In this document: positions 51,205 to 63,093 of the stretch, piece by piece
How positions within the stretch are numbered: position 1 is the stretch's first letter
How the letters are laid out: each line of letters starts with the position of its first letter
Assembly: GCF_018350175.1 (NCBI RefSeq)
Contig: NC_058368.1
Span: forward strand, 26,662,001-26,726,000
Reading direction: 5' to 3'
Length of the DNA: 64,000 nt
Origin: Felis catus
Taxonomy: Eukaryota
Translations under genes and position numbers: made by a program
The notes under the pieces: generated by a model
Database searches by the model: none
Seen by the model: the letters and a program-made list of their open reading frames with translations, nothing else
What the model was told of the DNA's origin: nothing

Positions 51205-51918
51205 GCGGTGGTGGTGGTAGTTCCCTGTATATTATGAACCAGATCTCCTCAAAGTATCAGATCCTGTCTGTCTTGGCTGAAGAGGAATATCCTTTTCAGA
51301 TATGAATTAGTATCCATCACATCACCTTCCACAACAGTTTCTAGGAAGAGAACCAAAACTGATGTTGAGATTATATAAAGAATTGGCAAATAGACTGATA
51401 GGTTGGTAAAATCCTTGTGTGAATAACTGGAGAATAATATGGGGAAGGAAAAGAGGAATTTTGCCTGAAGGCAGATATACATATATATATATATATAATA
51501 ACATATTAATATATAATAATATAAGTATACATAATTGTATTTATATATACACATATATAGATATAGATATAGCTTCTCTGTTCTATGCCAGAATAGTGAT
51601 CACCTCTTCAGCATAAAATACCCCACTTAGCAATGATCTCCTTCAATGAATCCAAATTTTATTGTCTTGCCAAAGAGTTAAAGAGATATTTGTGTTTCTG
51701 TGCCAAAAGAAGGAAACACACAAGGCGAAGGTTGGGTTTTAACCTTAGCAGATTTGAGGTGCTTAGGAATTTCATAAATGGTACAATTTTAGGTATACAC
51801 GGGGTTGTTCTGTTTTAATACTTTCCCAGAGCCACCGTCCTTTTTGATCCTTCAAAGGGATTTAATTTTGATCTTTTAGAAATGTTCTTATCTCCTGAAA
51901 AGAAAAATCTGTCATGGA

Positions 51919-52132
51919 GGAGCACCTGGTGGCCCAATCATTTAAGCATCTGACTCTTGATTTCAGCTCAGGTCATGATCTCATGGCTTATGAGTTCAAG
52001 TCCCACAGGGGCTCTGCACTGACAGCGTGGAGCCTGCTTGGGATTTTCTCTCTGCCCTTCCCTGGCTCATGCTTCTTCTCTCCCTCTGTCTCTAAATAAA
52101 GAAATAAACTTAAAAAAAAAGAAAAGCTTCTT
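51919..52132 (+). mobile_element. Older Can-SINE
   Basis: About 20-bp TSD with 2 mismatches at 51899-51918 and 52133-52152. Confidence 0.9.
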
Positions 52133-54423
52133 AAAGAAAACTCTGGCATGGAAACAGTAGCAAATGTAAAAAAAAGTTGAGGTGTTTACAGTTTCACAAA
52201 CTAGTCAGAATTCTCAAATTCTGTCCTTCTTGTAGGGGTGGAAGCACAGGGCAGAGGGCAGGGTGAGAGGAGTGTTCACAACAAGAAGAACATCTAGAAG
52301 AGAGTTCTGCACATTTCAAATCTCTGTAGTTCACTGGGTTTATACCTTATGGTGAACGACAAAGAGTAAGATGTACAAGTAAGAGTAAGAGCTGGGGGCC
52401 GCGGGGGAGGAGATGAGCCCTTTGGTGGGATTCTCGTGTGGGATGGGATTTATACATGCCTATACGCATATATATGTCAATGTGTATACTTCCTCTTTTT
52501 TAATTGAAAAACTTATGTGAGTGTTGAAAGTCTCAAAAGCCAGACGAGTAACCAACAGTAATGCCTATCCTTTTCCCTTCAGTATCAAAGAAATCCTATT
52601 TACCATGGGCCCAGAACATCCTGTGTTTTTGTTCTCCCCTCCTCCATCCCCATGGTCTTTTTTGCACCTGGTTCTTTGTTTGCTGCCCATGCCACATGAT
52701 TCGTCTGGAGAGGCATGTGTGGCCCGGGCAGGTCAGGAGTGGAGATAGGGTGGGCATTTGCTGTGTATCAATTGCTTTGCTCTCCTTCCCACCCCAGGGC
52801 TATGTTTCCGGGCTTTTATTCTGATTTCTCAAACCCAATTAGAAAATTTGAATATAAATGCCTCTCCCCTTTTTCAAGAGGTCTAGAGGGCTCACAAAGG
52901 AAGTCCAAAGTACAACTGACCTGGGCTCTCAATGTCTTTTTCAGTTCTGTCTAGAATAATGAAATATTAGATAGACAATCTTCTAGACTAGCATGTTAAC
53001 TTTGCTGTTGAGACAACTGAACGCCAGAGGGGCCGAGAAGCTTTGTCAGGTCTCACAGCTGGTCTCCGCCCAGCTGGGACTTGGATTTGCTTCTCTGGCC
53101 TCACAAGCCAACATTCTTTCCACTCAGCTATGCCACTTCCTTGAAGGATGAAAAGGACCTGAAATTTTTACCATGGCTGCATAAAATCTTTTCTTAAGCA
53201 TCACACAATGTTATGAGTCCGACTTTGTACATAAATGTTATTACTTATTATTAATTTGTTCTGTAGGGGTTGCTGCAACTCAGCACATCAGAAAACTGAG
53301 GTGCTGAGTTGCAGCAACCTCCACAGAATCTCAAAAATACACTCGAGACTGCTCTTCACAGGGCAAGTGCTCAATACAGGCTTCCTATGGAGAAATGTGG
53401 CGAAAGCAGGAAGTGTCACTTCTCATTCACATAGAGCTGGGGGGCAGGGGGCGGGGAAGGCATCTCTTTGGACAGTCCTATTCCCTGAAATCAACCAAGA
53501 TGTGGGTTGCCAAAGGCATTTGTAGGCAATAGTACTAGGGGGCCTGACACACCACACTTTGATCATTCAGTCAAATCAAAAAGCATTTATTAAGCATCAG
53601 TTCAAGGCCCCCTGCTGGGGCTTCCCTTTGTGTCTCTGGCATTCACACCTCCCTGCCTCTCTCATGTGGCTCTTCACCCCTACCCCAGAAACCGCCACCC
53701 CCCACACACCCCCACCTCCCCACACCCCCACACCCCCACCCCCCCACCCCCGCTATGCTGCATGCACCTCCTTGCTGATATTATCCTTATCTGTTTCTTC
53801 CTAAGACTTTGAATACAAAGTCCAGGATAGAATTTATTCCATTGTAAAGCTATGCACCCATCCCTGTTTTCATGGGATTTTGTGTGAGGAGCCCCTTAGC
53901 CAGTAGTTGAAGCTTAAAGGGGTGAAATTTCAGCATCTATTTTCCTCTTTCAGAATGCAGAGTGAATATTTTAGAAGGATTTTTAGGAAAGCAATTTACA
54001 GCCAGTAATTGGAGTTGCAGTGTTTTTGCAAGACCAATGTCTCCGATTACAGGTTTACGATTTGCCTAAAAAGAAATCATTTATTTTAGGCTTGGATTTT
54101 GAAAAGGAGAAAAATTAGGTCTTAGGATGATTTTCTTCAAGTTTCCCATGACATTCTTTACATCAGAAAGGGAGATGTGGGAAGGCAAGATGGAGTTTCT
54201 AGAGAGGAGAAATCCAACGCTGTTTTCCCTTGGTTCATTTATGAGACTACATTTTCCTACCATGTACACTATTTCCAGTTTATGACTCACTCAGACAATT
54301 TACTGTATTTAAAATTACATCAAATTCTCTTTGTAATGCGTAGGTCAAATATTCATACTATGTATACAGTTGGAAATTCTTCCTCATAGATCCAGCTCAT
54401 GGTATGGATGTATTTGTGTCCTT

Positions 54424-54437
54424 GTTGCCATGGTGAC
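54424..54437. promoter_or_regulatory. Candidate RFX X-box
   Basis: GTTGCCATGGTGAC (reverse GTCACCATGGCAAC) matches the 14-bp X-box consensus; motif only. Confidence 0.45.
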
Positions 54438-55435
54438 TAGAAAAGGTTAAAAGCCAAAGCCTCAGAAAACAGTGGCTGAGCAATAAAATATCATAAATAT
54501 GTGTGTGTTTCTTAAAATACTCTTCTCACATATGGATTTAAAAATCTTAGAACCACTGCCTTGAAGTTAATTTCACATTTCTAGCATACAGGTTGTTACC
54601 CAAAAAGAATATTCTCAAAACAATCTCTTTCAACTCACTTCCTTTTTGTCTAAACTGTAATCTAATGGCTACTTATCTCAAAAGACAGACTATGTAAGTC
54701 ATGAGCAATGCTTTGGTTTTCAAACGTGGATAGGACATGCCAACGAGAGTGGGGTTCAATAAAGTTGGTTTTTGATTGAAACACTGTCCTTTTCAAATCT
54801 CCAGTTTAGATTCTTCTGTAGGGGGATAATACAATATTTTCCACAGTTTGTTTAAGAACTGGTAAATAAACTTGGGCAATACTTGCAAGTGCCAAGATAT
54901 TAAACATTTATCAATTGTAAGGATTCAAACCCTTCCTTTTGTCTGCTGATGGCTCTTGGTCCCTGGCTAACTCTTTTTATTTCCTTCTACATTCTAACTA
55001 TCTTGTGAGATGAATTTTAAGGGTTTATCCTCAAAATGAATGCTATATAGGAGTAGAGAATGCAATCCCCGTAAGGCCAAGAGATATCTTATATCCGTAC
55101 GTCTTTCCTACTTACATTTCCAAGTGCAGAGGCAAGATTAGTGAAGAATCTTCACTGAGTAATTTCCTTGGCCCTGTTGCCTACTTTATAAGGATACCAG
55201 AAAGAATATCAACACATTCCTTGGTCTATAATCTCTTGCTTAACTTTTAACCTCCAACCTAACACCTAAGTTCTTCACAATCCTTTCTGTATTTCAAGAC
55301 ATTTCCATGTAGGAAGCATAATAAAAATAAAATTATAGCCACATATTTGAGCATTCTTTCCTACCTCTGAATACCATCTCATATTTAATATCTAAGAATC
55401 AAAGATATCTCAAACTCAATAATCAGGCCCTTCTT

Positions 55436-55449
55436 CTGCCATCTGGTGG
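55436..55449 (-). promoter_or_regulatory. Candidate CTCF site
   Basis: Minus strand CCACCAGATGGCAG fits CCASYAGRKGGCRS; motif only. Confidence 0.45.
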
Positions 55450-55683
55450 AGAAATGGGGAAGCAGTGAAATTAAGTAATGAACCAAGAGGGACTTGGCTG
55501 AATCCATAAACACATCAGTTAACAAATGTTAATGGGGCTATTATTATTATTCATCATTTTGTATTCAAATAGTAGGCACTGAGGTACTTGGTACAATTAA
55601 GGACCATACTATGAGAATTAGCCACACTCAGTCTCTGTCCCCAGAAGGGCTGTGAAATATTACATTAATTAAAAGCGCTCCTA

Positions 55684-55918
55684 GGGGTGCCTGGATGGCT
55701 CAGTCGGTTAAGTGTCCGACTTTGGCTCAGGTCATGACCTCATGGTTCGTGGGTTCAAGCCCCACATTGGGCTCTGTGCTGACAGCTCAGAGCCTGGAGC
55801 CTGCTTTGGATTCTGTGTCTCCCACTCTCTCTGCCCCTCCCACACTCATGCTCTGTCTCACTCTCTCTCAAAAATAAAATAAAAATAGAACATTAAAAAA
55901 TAATAATAATAAAACAAT
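55684..55918 (+). mobile_element. Can-SINE
   Basis: Full-length head, CT tract and A-rich tail. Confidence 0.94.
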
Positions 55919-57022
55919 AAAAGCTATCCTATAGCTTATTTTCCAGCAATTGATTCAACATATAGGATAGAGCAGGGACCCTTTAAGACTGTCAGGTTAC
56001 CACTTCACTTTTTTTAGTAGCAATTTACTTTATAATGATATTGTGACCCTAAGAGGTTCGTACTTTTCTGAGAATTTTCTAAAGAGAAATAAAGAGGGGG
56101 AGAGATAGAGGGTAGGCGGATGAGGGGCAAGAAACTCTCTCATGCCTTACAAAGCTAAAAATAAAGTTTGGGGAACGTTTTTCAGTAAAGCACTTAAGAG
56201 TGCCTAAAACATCTCTATATGAGAAAAACACATCTTTGTAATCTGTCTGCGTTTTTATCCATTCCTAATTTACAGCCTATAGAGAGTAGGAATGTGATGG
56301 CAGAGATGTATACGAACCACCACAGATTTGAGGAACGTAACAACCTCCTCAAATTAGCTTTAGCAAAATGATGTTACAAGCCTATTGAATTGGCCCATAC
56401 ACAGCCCAATCTGAATTTCCTTCTTCTTTCCAAAACCCACAGAGAAAAGGCAGCCATAAATCATGTAGGAGATACTGTGGTTGTTAATAAATGCCCTGTA
56501 CATTTCAAGGAAATGTGACTCTTCATGCCAGTGGATTTTAGATGAAAGTACTCGATACAGAAAGACCAAACTGTTTTATGTTGAAAGGGGCTATTGGCTT
56601 GGTTTAGTGCCGTATGCTCTTTGGTTTTAAAGGACATTGAAATCTAAGAAAAGTCCTTCATAGTGTTCCAGAATCATTACCTCGACACAGAGAAAAAGTG
56701 GTGCTTATGTAACCAACGTACTCAACTCAAATAGAGCCTTAGACAGGGGTGTGGAACACAGTAAGCTCCCATCCCCACTTCCTGCCTTCTCCGTTCAGAT
56801 CCTCTTGCCCAATTCTAGGATGAGCGGTCTGCCAGAAATAATCTTCATATGAAAGAAAGGACAGAGGCACCATCTTGAACATCCTTGATTATAATCATCA
56901 GCGGGTACATTTTGAATAGACACGCATGTGTGATTTTTTTTCTAAACAAAATGAAAATTTCTATAGTTTAATAATAGGCTTTAAAAATATGCCCCCTTGA
57001 CGGGGGGGGGGGTGTGGTGGGG

Positions 57023-57230
57023 GGAGTGCCTGGGTGGCTTAGATGGTTAAGTGTCGAACTTCAGCTCAGGTCATGAACTTATGATTCCTGATTCCTGAGT
57101 TCGACTCCCACATCGGACTCTGCTGTCAGCACAGAGCCGCTTGGGATCCTCTGCCTCCTTTTCTTTCTCTGTCTACCACCCTGTCCCCCGTCAACTCTCT
57201 CTCCCTCAAAAATAAATAAACATTAAAAAA
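57023..57230 (+). mobile_element. Can-SINE preceded by a G-rich run
   Basis: GTGCCTGGGTGGCTTAG...AAAAATAAATAAACATTAAAAAA. Confidence 0.9.
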
Positions 57231-57234
57231 CATA

Positions 57235-57302
<68 letters not shown>

Positions 57303-57334
57303 TACATATATGTACATATATACACATACATATA
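57231..57334. repeat. (TA)n(CA)n compound microsatellite at the SINE tail
   Basis: Seen directly. Confidence 0.95.
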
Positions 57335-58535
57335 CCCTCCGGCATTTTTGTAGCTGTTTCTCTACTCCAACTTCCCCCCATGAATTCTGATCTGCTGCAG
57401 AAACCTGAAAGGTCAATGCAGTTTCACAATTAACTTTTATAAATTCTTACCCCCAGTCAGTGTCCACAAGAGGGCTCGCGGGACATTCTTCCCAAAGAGG
57501 GAGAATGAGGCACCTATAGAAGAGGGAATTGGCAATCACCAGAAGCCAGTATAGGTTCCTTAATATCAAGCTATGTCAGTCTAAACTAATTTTTCATTGA
57601 AATTGTTTCTATAGTGTAAGTGCAGTGTATCTTGATAACAGCAAAACACCGTGAAACTTTATGACAAAAAAGAAGGAGAAAAATGAGCTGAATCCACATA
57701 TATTTGGATTAATTGAGAGATAGATACCAAAAGAAAGATGTTTCTAGAAGACAGGTAAAATATCTAACCTTTCTTACATTTTAATTAAAGCTTGAAAAAT
57801 AGTGAAGGTATGTCTTCGAGTTTGTCCAGTAAACATTTAACTGCGTATGCTCTGGTCACGGGTCATGAGCTAGGATTTGGAGATAGCAACATAAATGATG
57901 CAGGAAGCCTACAGTCAGACTCATTAGTTATGCTAATCATAGAAAGCCTGGAGACTAAATATCGTACAACAGAATCACAAGAAAAAAAAAAAAACATGCA
58001 GACATTCATTGGGCTAAATTTTAGCAGGGATATACGTGAAGTTCTCAACTAAGGACCAAAAAATATAATAAACTAGCAATGCCACTATAGAATGGAAAGA
58101 TATGGCTTAGCAACTGTTTCATTAAAAAGACTTAATGGTTTTAGATGACTGGTGTAGGGTAATGATACGATGTAGTTCCCCCCAAACCAGTGAAGTGTTG
58201 GGGTGCATTATATGCATATATGGATTCAGATAAAATTGGCAACCACCCCCTTCCATTCCAGTTTCTACTGATATCAGAATATTGTACTTTGCATTGGACA
58301 CTGCCTATTAGTTGGGACATAGACAAATGAGACATCCATTGATGAACTAGAAACTATACACCCGGAAATGTTTATAGAGTGCCAACTTTGTTTAAGTCAC
58401 TGATTTTGGTGCTTGGGATAAATGAGGGGCAAAACACACAAGGTCCCTATTCATATGGAGATGACTGTTTAATGAAAACAGGAGATAAACAAATAGTTGA
58501 TAAGATAACTTTACATACTGATAAGCACTACTTTA

Positions 58536-58762
58536 TTTTTTTTTTCAATTTTTTTTAACATTTTATTTATTTTTGAGACAGAGAGAGAGAGAGAGCATGA
58601 ACAGGGGAGGGGCAGAGAAAGAGGGAGACACAGAATCCGAAACAAGCTCCAAGCTCTGAGCTGTCAGCACAGAGCCCAACACGGGGCTCGAACCCACGGA
58701 CCACAAGATCATGACCTGAGCCAAAGTCGGACGCTCAACCGACTGAGCCACCCAGGCGCCCC
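58536..58762 (-). mobile_element. Can-SINE
   Basis: 17-bp TSD TGATAAGCAC(T/C)ACTTTA at 58519-58535 and 58763-58779. Confidence 0.96.
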
Positions 58763-59294
58763 TGATAAGCACCACTTTAAAAACCACCCAAACCATGTCC
58801 CATGAAGTACAATGGAAAGGAACTAGAGACAGGATGTCGAGACTGTAAAGATGTAAGAGACATGCAAATGTCTTACTAACATATGAGAAGGATGTTCCAA
58901 AGGAGACACTAAATATATTCTGTAAGGACCTGGCAAATAGAACCATTGCCAGTGAGAGACATGAAGACAGAATCAACTCAACATTAACATTAACCTTCCT
59001 ATAAATCTGGCCACTCCACAGGTGACAGTAGTCTCCATCAAAAGAAGAAATGTTATTCACCAACCCATTTGCCAAAGCAGAAACTTCACAACCCTGGTTG
59101 TTCAGGAGTTGGAGGTCCATGGCTAATGGGCCCAAACTCTGTGTCCCAAGGACTTTGTAGGTGCCTCTGTCAGCATGTCTCACTCAGCCCACTTCTCCAA
59201 TCCTTGAGTTAACTTTACTGAAATTTCACTGAAACCACCTTCTCCAGCCTCTCCAGCTTCTATTCATGTTTTCATCATTTTTACCTGGTTCCTC

Positions 59295-59797
59295 AAGAAA
59301 CATTCAGTTACAAGTAACAAAAAAACTAACTCAAGCTGGCTCAAGCCTAAAGAAATTTACTGGCGTGTGTAACTGGAAATTTCGTTGGTATATTGACTTT
59401 AGACACAGCTGGGTCTCTGTCCTAGATTCTAGCGGCTCAAACAATATCAACAAATCTCTGTTTCCCCATCTCTTAGTGCATTTTTCTCTATCTATTGGCC
59501 TAATGATCAGAGAGCCCTCTCCAGGTATCAGGAAAGATGGTTTCTGGAAGCCAAAAGCTACATCCTTTCATCTTGAAGAAAAAAGAAAGAAAGAAAATAA
59601 TAATCCTATGTCCAGAAGTCTATATGTGAAATTTTGTGGGAGAAATCTCATTGGTGCTGCTTGGATCATGTGGCCATCCTTGGACCAATCACAGCAAACA
59701 GTGACAAGGTACTATAATAGGCTGGGTTTTGGTCATACATCCACTTCTCCTGTGAGGGTGGGCCAGGGGCTGAGGGCAGATGTTAGACAGATGCTAT

Positions 59798-59850
<53 letters not shown>

Positions 59851-59915
59851 TAAAAGACAGATGCTATTATATATATATATTAAAACAAGACAGAATGCAA
59901 TAGATATCTTCTATA
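59295..59915 (-). mobile_element. Old MaLR LTR (MLT1J/K-like)
   Basis: CAGTTACAAGTAACAAAAAAACTAACTCAAGCTGGCTCAAGC...GAAATTTACTGG...TTGGATCATGTGGCCATCCTTGGACCAATCAC. Confidence 0.7.
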
Positions 59916-59929
59916 GCCTCAGTGTTTCA

Positions 59930-60430
59930 ATAACTTCCTAATTGCCCCCGTGTTTTCCCCAGTTCATGCTTTTCTTTTCTGGAAGGATAATCTTCCTAAA
60001 TGGCAGTTGCAATTCTCTGCCTTCTCTCCCTAAAACCCTAAGGAGCTTCTATTTGCCTGCAAGGTATAGTCAAATGGCCAAAGCTCTAGCCATTCTGAAT
60101 TGCTTGCAATTCCACAAACATCCAAGATCATTCCATACCTTCACTCTTGTCTCACAGTGTCTCTCTACCTCACTTTAGTCCCACTGATTTCCTTTCAAAA
60201 TTAGCCCAAACATCACCTCATCTCGCAGCCTGTCCTGTTCTCTCTCAGGTACATGTCTCCATCTGGGCCTTGTGCACACCTCTGTCTCTTCAGTTTATGC
60301 ATTGCTTACATGCCATGTCCCTGTCTAATAACCTGTGGGCTTCTAGAGGACAGGCATTGAACCTTACTCATCCTGTGTTTCTGGTAACTGCCCGGCAGAT
60401 AACAGGCACCTAATAAACAGTTTTAAGAGA
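59930..60430 (+). mobile_element. LINE-2 3' fragment
   Basis: GGATAATCTTCCTAAA...CTTCTAGAGGACAGG...GGCACCTAATAAA. Confidence 0.6.
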
Positions 60431-61061
60431 GAGCGAAAAGGGGGAAGGGAGAAAGAAATAAAAGGAGGGAAGGAAAGGACAGATTCCCTAGGGTCTGTCT
60501 TTTCCTTCTAGATAATAGGCTTTGAGAATTACATTCGGGGTAAAAGGGCCTGACTTTGTTGTCTAAATCAAAGTAATGAGTAATAGAATTTCAGGCTCAG
60601 TCGTGGTGGAAGGTAAATGCAGGGAACATGGGGGAAAGGGACAAAAAGGTCTTCGTGGTGTCTTTTTTTTTTTTTTTTTTGGTGTGGACCAGCGTGGACC
60701 AGCCACTCACCCACCCACGCAAAGGGTAAAGGGTAAGCCTGGACACAGGCATGTGAAGCGTCATCTTCAGTAATGCGCTGTGGCTACCCTGTTTCTGGCT
60801 TGCTTCCAACTGGGCACTCGCGTGGAGAAATGAAAGTGAATGGAGAATTTAAAAGGTGACCTAATTCTCTGCTGAAAGCATTTCCAATCATAGGTCTGAA
60901 TGTATTTTAATTATACCTGGACACAGGAGCCCTCACCCAGACATACTGAAATCCCGAGTGGACTGTCACTGTGGCTGGAAAGATTTGTCTAAGCTTGTGG
61001 TTATGTCAAGAGCCTGACATCACACTGATCATTAAGCAACAGTGTGGAGGCGCAGCTGGGC

Positions 61062-61075
61062 GTTTCCATGGCAAC
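61062..61075. promoter_or_regulatory. Candidate RFX X-box
   Basis: GTTTCCATGGCAAC, near-perfect palindromic X-box in non-repetitive sequence; motif only. Confidence 0.55.
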
Positions 61076-61499
61076 CTGCACTGGGTTCGCCTGCAGAGCT
61101 TGGTAACAAGAGCATTTCATTATGGGTCATTAAGGGCAAAGGCTTCATTTACATTATTTCCTGTAAAATCCTATTATTTCAGGTGTTACACTCCATCTCC
61201 ATCAATGCAGCCCTTCTAGAAGAAATTATAAATGTGGGTTATTAGGGAGAGAAACAATAACAAGGTGCAGGTAAACTGTAAACCACAGTGTTCTGTAGAC
61301 GAGAAAAGCATTTCACAATAGGGATGTGGGCTAAAGAGGCAACCAGCCTTCTCTGAAGGCAGAGAATTCTTATTCTGAGAAGTGAACCATCTTTTTTCTT
61401 ATTGGCTGTTCCTCAGGCCGGGGTCATGCTTCACGACTGGTTGATAAGGATACAAAATAAGCATAGACAAATCTGGCTCTGCTGTTCTATGCTTTGAAT

Positions 61500-61760
61500 A
61501 TTATTTTACTGTGGCAACAACACTTCACACGAGATCGGCCTTCTTAACAAATGTTTAAATGCACAGTATTGGTGTGCGGGTCTCTAGAGCTTATTCATTT
61601 TGCTTCAGTGAAACTTTACACCCGCTGACTAGCGACTCCCCGCTTCCCCTCTGCCTGCCGCCTGGCAACCACCATTCCACTCTTTGATTCTGTGAATTTC
61701 ACTATTTTAGATACTTCACACTAGTGATTGTCATGAAGTATTTGTCTTCCTGTGACTTGG
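61500..61760 (-). mobile_element. L1MA/MB-like 3' end
   Basis: TCTCTAGAGCTTATTCAT...GAAACTTTACACCC...CCTGGCAACCACCATTCCACTCTTTGATTCTGTGAATTTCACTATTTTAGATAC. Confidence 0.8.
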
Positions 61761-63074
61761 CCCGTTTCTTATCCTCATCAGGTGCTGAGTCTTTGGTGTC
61801 TTATATTCCAGAGTAGCCTTTCTTGCCCATCTCTACCAAATCCAGGAAATGGCAGCTTCTGTTAGCACTCAAGTACTTAACACTCTCAAGGCAAGGAGCC
61901 TCTCCCTTGTTTATCTGTGCTTGGGCCTTCAGGCTGAGCCAGCAGCTTTCTAATAGCCCAGGCCCCTCGCCAGCATTGCAGGCTGACCTGGAGCTGAGGG
62001 ACCGTGAGTGCCTGCAGATTGTGCTAATACCACGTCAGCTTGAGGACTGGACCTAGAAGGTCATTCGTTCACTCGCAGCTCCACCTATAGGCTATCAGTT
62101 CTACAGAGGCAATACCACAAATGCCACCAAATCTGCTCTAGCTTCCAAACCCCTGTGACCTAACAATAGTTAATTTAGCCTTCTCTGAATGGTCACAAGT
62201 TCCCTCGTGATCAAAAGACCCTGCGGGTCTTGCGTCCTGGTATGACAGCTGAGATGTAGAGATAAACAACAAAGGGTCTAATCCTTACATTTTCCCAGTT
62301 AGTATGGTTGGGAATACGTGAAATGCTTCCTGTTCAGAAAACCACTAGCCTAAATAACTGGAACAACAGGCATGTCATTGAATTAGTTCACGATTTCATT
62401 GGCATTTCACACCACCCTCCAAGGACGGTGGTAATCAACTTCAGATGACCCAAAGCGGAGTGCTGGCCAAGCGAGTGGGTGATTGTCAATGCTTCGCTTA
62501 TAGAGAATAGCTGGATCATATTTTAAAAAACAAAATACAAAACTGTACCTTCTCTCAACATTCACCACAACTGTTAGATAGAGAAAAAGTTGATTTTTGT
62601 GTCAAATTCCAACTTTTAACTATAGAATTAAGGTGTCTCTATTCTGAACAGTACAGTCTCTTCTTTAGGGTTAAATGACACAAGGCAGGTGACAATTTGA
62701 TGAATGTTCTGGGATGTATTTCCTGGTGTAACAGGGAGGTAAATTTAGTGCAGACTTCCTGTCGAGCTGTGTGAACCAACACACAGGACCTCCAGTATGC
62801 TTTCAAGCCCAGAAGATACTCTTTGAAGGTCGTGATGGAGATGTTATTTTACAAGTTACATTTTCTTTGCCACAGAAAAGGGGATCAGGCTAGATTAGAT
62901 TTGGAAAATGAGGCTATTACTACAAATAAACAATAGTGGATATGGAAGCAAACGCTCCAGGGGGAACAGAGGTGAAATCAGATGTAACCGGTGCTTTTAT
63001 CCCGGTGATTACCTGCTACTAAAAAGGTTGCAGCTATGTGAGGTGTCAAACATCCCTTTCAAAGGATTCTAATT

Positions 63075-63093
63075 CAGGAACTGCCTTATATGG
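63075..63093. promoter_or_regulatory. Candidate Ets + CArG (serum-response-element-like) motif
   Basis: CAGGAA at 63075-63080, then perfect CC(A/T)6GG box CCTTATATGG at 63084-63093; motif only. Confidence 0.35.

Noticed and set aside
55140..56354. Short inverted repeats AGTGAAGA-A-TCTTCACT (55140-55156) and ATTTGAGGA-N11-TCCTCAAAT (56326-56354)
   Set aside because: Arms of 8-9 bp are expected by chance in 64 kb
828..58762. Recurrent ORFs such as MAQSV.RPT.AQV.IS...LTAQSLEP.SDSVSPSLSAPP that look like a gene family
   Set aside because: They are translations of Can-SINE copies, mostly from GTG/TTG starts, not genes
58563..59844. The two longest ORFs (206 aa minus, 192 aa plus)
   Set aside because: The first starts at GTG and ends in a SINE; the second lies in an MLT1 LTR and ends in (TA)n; neither resembles a known protein
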